A DNA stretch of 58,396 bases, filler included, from Sphacelaria rigidula (GCA_964200075.2; 5 parts of 5 records of this genome joined end to end with filler, not necessarily neighbours in it); one strand, 5' to 3'. Positions 12,473 through 25,401 are shown, counted from the whole stretch's first letter. Notes: generated by a model not told the origin, from the sequence alone. Made by a program: numbers and translations.

Positions 12473-14888
12473 TAAAGTTTTCTAGATATGTGAAGGCGAT
12501 ATCAGGGGTACACTTTTAGTCCAAACGTTATGTGAGGCTGCACACTAAGGCCCAGATAATAATGATAGGTGTTTGTCATCGAGAGGCTCCTAATACAGTG
12601 GAGAGCCTCGGAAGAAATTGTGTGCACCTCTACTTTACCGCGGAACCACCCGGGACCCCCCAAAACAGTGTCAGGGTCGTCGGGGGCCACGAGGTCGTCC
12701 ATATCAAACTTACGTGACATGACTCTAGGTCAGGGAAAACACTATTGTTTTGGAGCTGGAACTTAATACAGTATTCTGATGTTCAACCTCATTTTCGAGG
12801 AAAATATGTTCTCCGAAATTGATGTTACTCTACTTCTTTTTACCTCGACAAAACAAAATTGTGTCATCATTTGTCCAGGGTGACGATGATGGTAGAACCC
12901 GGCACATATGCATGATCTTGGACGACTTCCCTGCCGACACGACGTACTGTATAATGTCTAATGTATATTTACTACAAATCTCTCGACGAAAAACAACGTG
13001 GAGTGGCACGTCTGCGACCACGGGTTCGAGAGAACGAGCTAATATACGGATTGTGCGAAGAAAACGCCTCTCGGGATATTGAGCACGTCGGAGAAAATCT
13101 AGCCAATCATGTTGTAGAAACTCAGGGTCTCGGAACCTGGAACACAAGCACACGCGGGTATCGCGAAAGCACGTGCTCGGGCTACCGCAGGGTTGTTGAA
13201 CAGGCTATCACACCCGGCATACACCAGTAGCAATCCCAAATAGCCGATAGGTATAGCCACGCGAGATATCGAAACGTCAACCTGTGTTCAGGACTCCTTT
13301 TGTTAGTAGTTCGTCTTGGTGTTTCTACTACTGTACTGTTGTGGAAGCTGGCTGATCTTCGACGAGACCGGCGGCAACACTTGGGACAAAACCGCGAACC
13401 TACCCTTGGAGTAAATTACACGTAGCACGTGGTTGCAGCAGTCGGATTAAGCATGGAAGGCGAGAAGTATTCCGGGGATACCCTTTCTGGAGATGGTGAG
13501 GCCACTACTGAGGTGGAGGTCGTCGACTTCGAGGTGAGGAGATGGTAATGGCTTGTGGAACAACCCAAACAGGTCTTGGTTGCTCTCCCTCGTTTGCAAC
13601 AGAAATAAATTGTCTTCTACTAGCCCAGGTGGCGTGTGCTCCTCTACCTCATGCCTAAACGTCCGTAGCGGTGTACTCCGACCTCGAACGTTAATGACAT
13701 GAGGATTTAATTGTTGATACAGATGAGGTACTCATGTATGGGACGCTGTGCGTTGCTCGCGCGGGCTGTAGTCATTTTTGGAATGGTGCTTGGCGCGAGT
13801 TTCTAGTTTTTGGGATATGGTGGTACACAAGCTTCAACTCGCCCTCTACATTGAACAAGTGTCAAATTTGTGTCCCAGAAAGGGGTTGTGGTTGAACTCC
13901 TCGAGTTGTATACTGCATAGAGAAAAGTCCTCGGCATGAAAACAACGCTGGAGTGTGTGTGCGGATTGCCAGGCCTGCGATAGTGCCCCTCGTTTATGTT
14001 CGTCTCAAAACACGCTTCCGTGTTTCATTGGGTGGAAATGAAGGCTGCATCCAAGCAGCACAGTACCCAGGCTGCAGGCCAACGGTCGCTCACGTATGCT
14101 TCCAATATTGCGGCATTTGTCTGAAGAATAAATGAAAGCCACAGTGCAACTAACACATGAGGAAATGGCGGCAGCTGGTAGCCACGACAAAACATCCCAC
14201 CCATCTCCTGTTCTTCTAGCGGTTTCAATATCGAGAGCGTGGAATACGTTCTTGAACGAGTGGTGGCACTGGGGTGCTTGATGCTTCCTAGCGCCCCGGT
14301 CTTGTCTTCGCGCATGCCGTGATCGTCTACTCTAAATGTCGCCTACTGCAGTATCATGCAGGTAGGTACTCTTGCCTGTGTATTGCGTTTCGTGGCCGGA
14401 TGGATGCTCGGAAAAGTTGAAAATATCGCTTGTACAAACAGTCGCTGTATGATATCCTTGACGCCAGCTGGCTGCTCCCACTGTATGTCTCGCGGAGACC
14501 TGCAGTCGTCTCGCATCACACGTCGCAACTCGTTTTTGAGCTAATCAGATGTGATTTTCGCTCGGCACATGGCCAACCTGGCAATCGATACGTGTTTTTT
14601 TACCAAAATCATGGCGATTTCCTGTACGATCTATATTACATACTGAAGGCAGTTAGTTCTTGACGGTAGTCGTGCTTGTGGACACTTCTGCTTCTGTACT
14701 GCTGTTCTGTAGGGGTACACTACTATGTAGTACATGTACCTACAATCGCAGATAGTGGTTGCAGCTGTGCGTACCAGTGGCCCCTGCGGTGGTATGTGGT
14801 ATTCTGGATAGCATGTTACAGCATGTTTCCTGTACTGGGCTGGGGTGTAGTGACTGCTCCCCGATTCGTCACTCCTGCGTGAAGAACA

Positions 14889-15196
14889 GCGCCCTGGTGG
14901 TGTTGTGGTCCGACTCTCGCCGTTAGGGTGGAGAGAACGAGGGTTCGATTCCCGATGCGTTGGGTTTTTTCGTGGTATTTGATTTCTATCGTGGGAAGCG
15001 TGAGAACGTGAGTAAACGAAGTAGTTGACTGAGTTTGTTTGACGTGAGTTGACGCGGTGCGGGAGTGCTGATAGTCATGACCCAATTCGCGAGACCAAAA
15101 TGCAAGGCGTCTACCGGGGAGGAATGGGCTGATCCCTAGAGACAACGGACTCGTCCCGAAGAAGGGGAGGAGTTCAAAGTGCGACAAATAATAAAA
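14889..15196 (+). mobile_element. Full-length tRNA-derived SINE (family A) with 7-bp target site duplication
   Basis: A-box-like TGGTGTTGTGG, B box GGTTCGATTCC (~14942-14952), A-rich tail, and AAGAACA on both sides (14882-14888, 15197-15203). A second copy lies at 23401-23540. Confidence 0.8.
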
Positions 15197-15309
15197 AAGA
15201 ACACTTCTCGTGCGGAGTAATATATCCATCAGCAAACTGTAATAGCCTAACCAAGTCTAACAGTGAATCAAAATCTCCCCGTGCACACACGACAATCAAG
15301 CAGGTGTCT

Positions 15310-17571
15310 ATGAGTGTGGACAACATGCCCCCTCCACCGCCGGTGGCGCCTGTGTCTCCCACCTCAAGCCAAGGGTCCTGGGTAGTCCAACCCGAGGATG
15401 GAGGCTGGGATGGACTCGACGAGTCACATCAACTCTCTCCTCGCCGACAACGGGAAAGTCTGCAGGTAGAGCAACCACCACCGGCACCGCTACAACAACA
15501 GCGATCGAGCTCACCTACTGGGTCGTGGGCTGGGGTTGGAGGGTCGGCATCGTGTGTCGTCGCAGTCGAGTACCCTCGGTCGGCAAGCCCCCCGGGATCC
15601 CCCGGCAGCGAGAGGAGCGAAGGGCTTGCCGACTTGGCGCGTGATGAGGTGCAGGTTTCTAGCGATGGGCTGGCTGCTGCGCTGGACGACGCTGTTCTTA
15701 GGGGCCTCGCAAATGTAGATGGTACCGTTGACGTTGATGTCGCGCGCATGGAAGTGACCGCACAAGCGGAGGCAGTTTCAAGTGACCAGCGGGAGAGTCA
15801 CGACTCGAGCGAGTTCAAGGCTGATGATGGCACTGACTGGGGTGATGGTGTAGTTTCTGTCCGACAAGAGCCGGTGCCCAAGGAGGAGAGCTGGTCAAGT
15901 GCGAGGGTGGAGGGTGGTGTTGATCGAGAAGCCGCCGATAAACCGTCACCTGCTGTTGTCGCGCCCCGTATTCCTGCCTCGAATCCTTTCCCAAGAGCCG
16001 GTACGCCCCCGATCACCGCGTCTCCTCGGCGGATCGTGGGCAGCCCGAGCATCACAGGCCCGCAGGTGAGCTAACGCTGATCCCGAGCTTCAGTTTCAAG
16101 ACCCAGTTTAGTGTGGGGGTGGGGTGGGGTGGGGTTTTGAGGTGATTTTTTTTGTTGACTGAGCTTTTTGGAATAAGGGTAAGATGAGATCTTATGCGCG
16201 CAATTGTATATTTTTCACCATGCGCCTGCTTGTTTTAGTTTTTTGTTGTGCTCCGAAGTGCATGACACCGCATCCTCTGTTCAACCAGCTTGCGAAAAGT
16301 CAGCTATCACGGTTGGGCGAGCATGTGTTTGGACTTGCCCACTTGTGGTATAATGCACGTCGAGCGCGAGTTGGTGTTATATTTAAGATGGGAGCAACAC
16401 TGCCGTTCGTTTCAGGTCCGTGGGCGGATGGAGTCATCAAGCTCTTCTGTTGCAGGGCTTCGTGGCGGCAATCCTCGGGATGCTCATGAAACTGAGGAAT
16501 ATGCAGGCGTTGAGGGGAAGAACATGGACAAACTTTGGAGGTGGACTGCTGTTGTCACCGCTGCGAAAATGGGGGTGAGTGGTCGGTAGAGTGTGCCATC
16601 ATTCACGTCATTGCCAAGTGGTCATTGTTGGTGAGGTCATATCGCTCAACTATTTCGCTGTCACGGCCTGGCGTGATCTGGCGAAGCAAGCAACGCGTCT
16701 TTTTTTCTTGTACTGTAGTACGATGCTGTTCAATAATCGTGGACATCACCAGACTCTGACGTTCCTGCTGCGAGTGTCGAACACCCTGTACTTTCCTTGA
16801 TGAGCGTGTCACGGAAGCTCTTACGAGCGTTCTGTTCTGAGATGTACCATCTCAAATTAGGACACGGGGGCGCGGTGACTGCGGTGGTTGATGGCTGGAA
16901 TCGCATCGTTTACTGTAAAAACAGCATATCTTGCACAAGTGAAGTGTTGGTCAGAGTGAAGGAAGAAGCTCATAAAAAGCTCATCTTGGGTAGCTCAGTA
17001 TTACTGCATGCACTCTATGTGACAGGGGTAACCTGATGATGCTGGCCGTCGAATTGGTGTCTCAACAGGGCAAAATGCCTGTGGGTATCTGGATGAGTTC
17101 TTTTTTTTTTCCCGCCTGCTGGTGCAACGTTCCCAACCTCAGTTTGCTTTCTGCACTTTTTGTTTTGTGCAGTCTCTCGAGTCACCACCATATACCGTAT
17201 GTAGTCTGCCTCAGACACTGCCGCTTTCCAGTGTAGGAGAAACAAAAATATCGTCGAGTCCTGGAGTTAACATCTTCTCGCTCGCGGTGGCCATTTCCTG
17301 CCCAATAGGTGATTCCCATCGTGGTGTGTGCAGCCCTGGCCGCGATTTCCAGTCAGGCGGGTGGAGGGGATGGCGCTGAGCGAGGAAGTAGAGATGGAGG
17401 AGGGGGAGGGGGAGGGAGTGGACGAGGTGGGGGTGGAGCTACGCGATGCGGCTCTCGCAAAAGGCCAAGGGGTGGAGGCGGGGGAAACTCTTGCTTTCCT
17501 TCCATGCGCGCCGATCGGCATGGATGCATGCCCATGCCGTATTGCATGGCACCGTCCATTTTTGTCATGGC
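15310..17571 (+). CDS. Hypothetical Pro/Ser/acidic low-complexity protein; downstream exons uncertain
   Basis: Open first exon 15310-16065 ending at CAG|GTGAGC. Probable second exon 17309-17571 (Gly-rich; alternative acceptor 17334 in another frame) ending at GTGAGT. Possible further exons near 18796-18899 and 19786-19910 could not be phased reliably. Confidence 0.55.
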
Positions 17572-20325
17572 GTGAGTTTGGCGGCAAACACTGAGGATAA
17601 GAGTAGAATTTTCCCGCTATTTTTGTTGTCTTTCGGTTTGTCTTGGATCTGTGGTGATCATGGTCGTTTCGTGATGCTCGCTGTGTTGGCGTTATGTTGG
17701 TGATGACGGAAATCCCTGACTTTCGTGCACGAATTGGAAAAAAACGTACAATGAAGGATACCTGGATAATGAGAGCAGGAAACGAGTGGGTGGGACAGCG
17801 AGACAACACAGACACATCTTATTCTCGACTTGCTCAATGATGCGGCGGAGGTGCAAGTCGTCGCGTGGTTGATGCATGCGTAGCGAAGGAAAACATTATG
17901 GCAGCGCGACTAACAGGGAATGCGTTGTCCACGGGATGACGTGATTCAGGGGTTCAACGGCGCTTTGTAGGATAGAGGTGGGGTGGGGTGGGCAGTCAGG
18001 CAGGGCGGCATCAGGACATCAAGTTGGATGAAAGAGGAAGGAGGGTAAATGGAGGAGTCGATGCGAGTCCGTGTCATTCCGTAATTCTTCCCACGAGGTG
18101 TCGTCACTTGTCAGAGAACGTTTGTCGACAGAAGGGGTGCAATGCGTGCCATACATAATGTTGCGTTGGCGAACTGAAGATAGGGACTAGTGAGCTCAGA
18201 GGGGGGAGAGGGAGAGAGGAGAATAGTGTACAAAACGTGATACCAAGGCACCTTCGTTAAAAACCATTAATATAAAAATGCGTTCATGCCAGCCCGCAGA
18301 ATGATGTGGAAGATGCGGTACCGCACGGGGCGAGTCGTTCCGTATAGGTAGTTCTTGATGGTTCAAGTGCCCAAGTGCTCGAATTGCCGAAACAAAGGTG
18401 AGGATGTGGGAGAGTGAGGATCGGGGTTGCTTTGCCATTACAATGTCGCATTCGACCAGAAAACAAGCGGCAGTGCGGCTGTTGATAGCCCTTGCCAGGC
18501 TTGGGTTAGTGTACTCTTTCGGCGATGGATGACTAGTACATGACTTGTCCCTTAGGACGGTGGGCGTGTGGGTGCCTGGGATGTCTTGCTGTGTTGTAAA
18601 TGTGTCTTGAGGCCTCCAGCTACGGGAGGGGGAAAAACAGTATTTTTCATGTTTCTCGCATTCCGTTTTTTATTTTTGTTCTGTTGGGTGATGGTACGTG
18701 GATTTGGTTAAATGTTACTTCTCGAGTAAGATCATTTGTTGCGTTTGCTGCCTTCGTGGGTACGTGATATTTCTGCAGTGGTACGGTATGAACAGTCGAA
18801 CGCGGCGGCTGTGTTTACACGGCGGGACGAGCGCGATATGCCAAGAGCGTCCAATTAGAGATGAGGACGGTGCTTAAGCACAACGGGAGGCCTTTCTAGG
18901 TGAAACGGGTAGTTTCCGAAGCCTCCCTGGTCTCTGCTGTCGTTTAATTGCATGCTCCCGGCCGTCCTGAGTAAAAAATGAAGATAATTGGGTTTGGGGA
19001 TGATGCGTTCCGTTCCCCTGTGGCGTTTTTATCGCAATTGTTCTTTGCGGTTTGTTTCGACAGCGAGACGCCCCCTTGTTTTGTTTTAATCTTGGTACGT
19101 CTTGAAGCATTGCGTGTCGTGTCATCATATGCTACTCCCGACAGCTTGGTCTGGATAGTGCTTCGACCTGTCTTGTGTGGTTTCTTGTACTGTAAGGTTG
19201 GTTGCATTTCCAGTGCAGTCCGTATGTACAGGGTGATTTTCATAGTGGGTGGACAGACGGAAACTTGGTTTATTTCATCGGCAGCAGTTTGGTCTGGTGC
19301 ACTCGTTCTGTACATATCTAAGTTGTGGAAATGTTGGCGCGCGCGCGCGCGCGGGGGGGGGGGAGGGGTCGTAATATTGAATTGGATTGTAGGAGCAGGT
19401 TGTACGATCACAGCTGGAGTAAGCGGGCTCTGTGCATGTATTGAAAAAGAAAAAGGTCGAATGACCACACGTCTTTCACGACCTCTGACCTTATCGACTG
19501 TCGGCAGGTTTTGGTATGATATTCTCGTCGGGTGTAGCTCTGCAGTTTTTCCTAATCAAATGTACAAATCAGAAGCACGCCTTCTTCCGCTTCGTAGCGT
19601 GAAAGACGCAAGTCGACCTTACGCGGTTGCGCGCGCAGTGGTTGTCATGCTTGTCGTCCCGCCAACGACCCCCCCCTTGGCGTGATGAGGACATTCAAGG
19701 AAAGGCGTGCACTCTGTAGAGTGAGTGTTGATGGTGCATCAGAGAACCCTTTCGTGTGGTGGTTCTTGTATGTTGACTGAACAGTTTTGGCGCTTTCTGT
19801 TGAGCAGCCACCGGCGTCTTCAGTCTCACGACAAAATTTTGGATACAAAGCGCACATCATACTTCTACAAATGGACGCCCGATGATCCAGTTGCAACAAG
19901 GTGTTCGTGAGATTGAGAGTTGGGTGCGGATTGAGAGTGGCTTTGATCATTCGCTTCAACTTGGCCAACTTTTCATTCCGTGTGTGCTTCTCGTCGTCTC
20001 ATCACTGCCATGTGTTTACAGCTACACGTTGATATGCTACTTGGAGGTATCGAGGGCCTCAGTGGCAAGCTACTCAGAGAGAATATTGGGCCTGGTGGAG
20101 GTGCATTTCGGAACTGAAGCGGCTTCTTCACTACTTGATCGCTTTTCACTCTCAATTTCACGAAAACGTTGTTCTGCGCGAAATTCACTTCAACATTGTT
20201 TTTATCCAAGCTGGGATTCGCGCATACATGACTGGTGTCAACACAGTCCACACTGTCACACACGGACCCGATGAGGGGACGAAATAATTCGGCAGGGCCA
20301 CAGAGTGCAGATATCCAACAACAGC

Positions 20326-22926
20326 CTACAGCCTGGACCGAGGCCACTGTGAGTCAAGCCCCTGCCGATCTCGCCGTGCCCTTTCTGCCGACTCCGCGGT
20401 AGTGAATGCGACGACGGCTCGCTCCACCTCCGTCTCCTTTCCGAACATGAGCTGCGCCACGGGATCGACATGATCGCCTTTTATTGCAAAAGCGGCAAAG
20501 CATATCATTACACACACAAAACGAAATAGAACAGCATGCCAGGGTAGAAGAGGGTGAGAAACGCGGAAGGAAGGAGTGCGTTGAAGCGCCACCGGTTGAG
20601 CGGCCTGGACGGGGTATGTATACTTGCTGTTACACTAGCAGCGATCGAGTCGATTTAGATCGTCCGCTGCCCACCCCTCTAGGGGTGCTCTGTAAACATC
20701 CGCGTATATAGGTATGCTACAGCTCAAGTCCATTTTGAGGCATACCAGGAATATTTGTTTTTCTTGAGGATACAACGGCGCCACTAGAAAAGGCGATGAG
20801 TTCAGCACGCGTACCTCCAGGGGCAAAGTGGGTCGTGGTCGGGACTCCGATCGCGCGCAAGGCCGCGGCGAATTCACTGGTTTGGGAAAAGGGTACCGTC
20901 GCGTCTGCCGTGCCGTGCCATAGAAAAGTCCGGGGCAGTCGTCGGCCGAGCCAAGTTTTTTCTTCCGGTACAAATTCAGTCGACTTGCGCCCACCAGCCT
21001 CACTCGCATCATCACCACTGTTTCCCCACCCCACGTTGGAAGCCTTGCCTTTCGTGTCTGAATTGCTGGGCTCGGTGCCCGTTCCATTACGAGAATCGCT
21101 CTCCGCAACGCGCAATTCTTGTGCATTGTCCGTCTTGCCTCGTTCGGGCCTCTTCTGCTCAACTGAATTCGGGGTTGGCGACGCGCTAGTAGGTTGACCC
21201 CCGAGCAAGAATGGGTGAGAGTACTCGAAGAAATGATGAGGATGTCCACCGTGCGATGCCTTCAAGGGAGATATTTCGTGCACCCCCCTGTATTAATCGA
21301 AGTCACGGGACGAATGAAGACGGCGGTGATTACCGGGGATAAACGGTTGCAGCACGCTCACCAGTAGGTTTGTGACGGAGCACAATACGCCAAGGAGAGA
21401 CAGGGGGCGGGGCAAACTTCATCATGGGTGTGCAGAGTAGAAAATGACCGGTTTCTAACCTCCAAGACTCAAACAGGTAGTGGCGGTGTACGTCATACAC
21501 TCCGGACAGACCGATCAGTCCCTCCACCTCCAGCTCCTTCTCCATACTGTCACCCGAGCGGGTAGAAGCTCCGCGTCTTCTCTCCTCCTCCCGTCGGATA
21601 AGGTAGAGGAGGGAAATATGTGACCCCGAAGAGTGCCCCATGAGATAAACCTCGGGTGCTGACACCGATCCACCTCTTGCACCATCTCCGCTGCTAGCCC
21701 CAGCAATCTCCGAATTTCGACTATCAACACCAGGTTCGGATGTTTCCAAAATCCCGCGATGGGTTGGGGCACGCTGTGCAAATTCGTGTGCACTCTTCAC
21801 TCGCTCGGGTGATTCGTCAAATCCTAGCAAGCCGAGGTTGCTAGCCATCCAATCCATTGCCGCAGCCAAGTCGTCTACCTGCTCAAAAGGATACAAAGCA
21901 CACCTGTGAACTATGAGCTTTTCGAAAAGTCAGGCTGGGGCAACCGTCGCAGCCATCAAAGACACGTGAGCTATGCTTTACGAGCATACGTGGAGCCTGT
22001 ACTTTAAAACAAAGGGCCATCGAGCTACCATGGTGCTGCAGTGACCCACAACACATGTACGGCGACTGCCCCTGCTATGCTCAGATGATTAATCAATTAG
22101 TTCATTGAGTGATTGTCGCATAAAAACAGATCCGCTGCGATGGAGGCCGTGCTTACAAAATAGACACTGCCCCACCACCCACACCCCACCCCCCCAACCC
22201 ACCCCACAACAAACACACCATCAAACAAACAAAAACAATTTGTTTATTGGGTGTTTGATCAAAAAAAACAGACCCGCTGCGGTGGAGGCCGTGCTTACAA
22301 AATACACACCTCCCCCCCCCCCCCCCCCTCCTCAACGGAAACACTCACTGAAATTATTTTTTTGAAAAGCGGGAACAAAAGAACAAAGGAGAAAACAAAG
22401 GGAGTGAGCTGAAAAATAAAAGGTGACAACAAGAAAAGCATCAGACTAATTATTAGTAACCTAACCCCAACCCTCCCGAGAAAAACTCCGACAGACCCCA
22501 GTCAGGGCTTCACGTGAGGGGGCTGTGGATGGAAACCGCAATGTCGTGCAACTAGGTAACGACTTTGCTATCTGAGAGCGGTATCATTTGGGTAGGAACT
22601 TTGACCCGCCAACTCTTCTGTGGGGAAACACGTACATCATTGCAACTCAAAGAGACGAAAAGCCACAGTGCTGCCATACGCTAGGATGGATATCTTTGCG
22701 GTGGTGGATGAACGGTGCACGACTGACGCCAATGGCAAGGGGCACGGAGGCATCAGACTTTCTGCACAATGCTCGAGAAGAAAGCCAATCGCTGTCTAGC
22801 ACTACTCCAGGATACAAAAGCTGACATACCTGCGTATTTGTGTCAGCATCAGGGTACACCCTGTAACCTACGTTCGCCACATTGTACCCGATTTGCGCAA
22901 GCCTGTCCACCAAGGCACGATACATC
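20326..22926 (-). CDS. Alpha/beta hydrolase, isoprenylcysteine methylesterase (ICME)/kynurenine formamidase-like; 5' exons missing
   Basis: Phase-compatible exons 22926-22830, 21878-21460, 21287-20815, 20477-20326. Motifs VGYRVYPDA, nucleophile elbow LMGHSSG, IGLSGVYD, HGTADATVPF (Asp) and GDHVD (His). Ends in SRL-stop. Confidence 0.88.
22122..22309. repeat. ~46-bp direct repeat, each copy followed by a C-rich tract
   Basis: AAAAACAGA(T/C)CCGCTGCG(A/G)TGGAGGCCGTGCTTACAAAATA at ~22122 and ~22264. Confidence 0.8.
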
Positions 22927-23234
22927 CTGCGCACGAGACAAATCGCGGTAATCCGTACGTCCATACGCTACAGTTAGGTTGGGAAGCTACGCGAAACTTG
23001 TCTTACTGCTTGGTTTCGACAACCCGGAATGGAATCACTTTTTACAGTGCCAACCGGCCTAGAGAAAACGCAGCGAACTCAACAACACACATTATCCGGG
23101 CCCAGGCCGTCGCGGCCCGGTTGTCTAATGGTCACAACTCCGCCCTTGGGTCGGAACACAGGCGATTTTGATTCCGGGCAGATGCGTACTGGTTTATCGC
23201 CTAAATTGTATCTGATTTCCGCTGTTGTAACTGC

Positions 23235-23300
23235 CGGTCGCCCCGGTGGCTCAGTTGGTAACCTCGTAACCTTCTGATGGTTGAGTTGGGGGGTTGGATT
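23235..23300 (+). mobile_element. 5' head of tRNA-derived SINE (family B), truncated by gap
   Basis: GTCGCCCCGGTGGCTCAGTTGGTAACCTCG matches the head of the minus-strand copy ending at ~30843 (A box TGGCTCAGTTGG). Confidence 0.65.
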
Positions 23301-23400
23301 NNNNNNNNNNNNNNNNNNNNNNNNNNNNNNNNNNNNNNNNNNNNTTAATTAATTAANNNNNNNNNNNNNNNNNNNNNNNNNNNNNNNNNNNNNNNNNNNN
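23301..23400. other. Assembly gap with artificial TTAATTAATTAA linker
   Basis: 100-nt N run with linker. Confidence 0.97.
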
Positions 23401-23540
23401 CTATTTCTGTTTCCTCACGTTCTCACGCTTTCCACGGTGGAAATCATACAATACAAAGAAAAAACCCTGCGCATCGGGAATCGAACCCCCGTTCTCTCCA
23501 CCTAAATGGCGACAGTCGGACCATTACACCACCGGGGCGC
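23401..23540 (-). mobile_element. tRNA-derived SINE family A, 5' part, truncated by gap
   Basis: Reverse complement GCGCCCCGGTGGTGTAATGGTCCGACT...GGTTCGATTCCCGATGCG...GCGTGAGAACGTGAG aligns with 14889-15020. Confidence 0.8.
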
Positions 23541-23839
23541 GGCGGCAGTAGACGTCGATATTATCTGGACCTTCGGGGAGGTTGACGGTATCAATGGCTG
23601 TTGCCCGCGTGGGTGGGCAGCACGCGTGCGTTATTGATGAAATCGGTGACGCAGGTGAAGGGTCTATTTTATTCCTGCCAGCACACACTTTGCCTACGGC
23701 GGTGCGCTACCTTCTTCAGTACCTTCCTCACGCGGGTTGTCGTTTCGTATGAGATTGTGGTTGTGATTAGGGTTATACCCTTCCTGCGGTACTGCCTGTG
23801 TGTTCCCCACTCACCCGAGGGTTCTGGTCCTACATTGGG

Positions 23840-23920
23840 CTAGGGTTAATGTTAGGGTCATCGTTAGGATTACCATTAGGGTCACCGTCAGGGTTTACGT
23901 CAGGACAAGGGCTAGGGTGT
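23840..23920 (+). repeat. Degenerate TTAGGG-like (telomere-like) tandem tract
   Basis: TAGGGTTAATGTTAGGGTCATCGTTAGGATTACCATTAGGGTCACCGTCAGGGTTTACGTCAGG, roughly 12-bp period. Confidence 0.55.
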
Positions 23921-24459
23921 TGCAGTTCTAAAGTATGCCGAGAACGCATACATATTTCCACGTCGAACACGGATGTTTCGGCATCGAAATCGCGCAAAAC
24001 CAGCCCCCCCCCCCCCCCCTCCTCCCTCCCTCCCTTCTAGAACTAGATTCTTCTATTTTCAGTCACCCAGAATTTGAGGTTCCGTTGGAAACCCGAGCGT
24101 GCAAACTGCCCTCTTCATGACTTTATTTATATGTATACATAAAAAATAAAGTACAGCTAGACGTACGATACAACGTTAACGCTCGAAGCGCCCGATGCGT
24201 CCCCCTGTCGAATCGGAATGGTGTAATTTGAATTTTTACTCGATGTATTAACTGCCAGCCAGGGTTCCCAATTTGTCAGCCATAGTCTTGTTTTTTTTTT
24301 TCTTTCAGTCTACTCTCTCTACCTTCTTGTACCTTATTTTGTTTTCTTCTCCTCTGCTCTTCAGCGAGTGTGTACGTTTTTGTTTATCTTCGGTAGACAT
24401 CTTTCTCGTGACAAATTATCACACTACTGCTGGATCTCTTGGTGATGAGTTTAGGTTCG

Positions 24460-25258
24460 ACAATCAAAACTCAATCGTGAATCAGTTCGCAATCAAAAAC
24501 TCAATCTATCAAAATCAATCATCAATGAACGCATCAGATCAACGATCATAAAACAATCATCAACGATCAATGATCGAATCAATCAATCGTCAATGATCAG
24601 ATCAATCATTAATCATCGATCAATCTATTAATATCAATCATCAATGAACGCATCAGATCAACGATCTAATCAATCAATAATCAACGATCAATGATTGAAT
24701 CAATCAATCGTCAATGATCAAATCAATCAATTATTAATGCATCAAGTCAGCCAATCATCAATGATCGAATCGATCAATCGTCAATGATCAGATCAATCAT
24801 TAATCATCGATCAATCTATCAATATCAATCATCAATGAACGCATCAGATCAACGATCTAAGCAATCAATACTCAACGGTCAATGATTGAATCAATCGTCA
24901 ATGATCACATCAATCATCAATCATCGATCAATCTATCAACCTATCAAAATCAATCATCAATGAACGCATCAGATCAACGATCAGATAAATCAATCATCAA
25001 CGATCAATGATCGAATCAATCAATCGTCAATGATAAAATCAATCAATTATTAATGCATCAAGTCAGTCAATCGTCAATGATCAAAGCAATCAATCGGCAA
25101 TGATCAGATCAATCAAATCATCAATGATCAAACCAATCAACTATCAATGCATCGAGTCAGTCAATCGTCAATGATCAAATCAATCAAATGATCAATGATC
25201 GAATGAATCAATCATCAGTGATCAAATCAATCAATCATCAATGATCTAATCAATCAAT
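24460..25258 (+). repeat. ~800-bp complex ATCA/CAAT-based tandem array with higher-order units
   Basis: The block TCAATCATCAATGAACGCATCAGATCAACGATC recurs four times (~24515, ~24634, ~24824, ~24950) within ATCA-rich sequence. Confidence 0.92.
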
Positions 25259-25401
25259 TATCTCTGGTGGAGGCACTCAAAGGGAGTATGGAGGCCTGGC
25301 CTCGCCCGGTGCAAACACTGTCGCACGCTGAATAAGTTGAATATCTCCCCTTTAAGTGTCATTCCTCATATCTCCTTGTTCACTGTTTATTCGAAACACA
25401 G

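Noticed and set aside
17334..18899. FCP1/NIF-like phosphatase reading (HRPFLSW..CVYTAGRARYAKSV)
   Set aside because: It needs the weaker acceptor and frame, no DxDxT motif was found, and the frame hits TAG at ~18897. Too weak to call.
23468..23540. tRNA gene on the minus strand (also 14889-14960 and 30770-30843)
   Set aside because: A and B boxes are present but the acceptor stem does not pair. Homology between copies extends far past the tRNA-like part and one copy has a TSD, so these are SINE heads.
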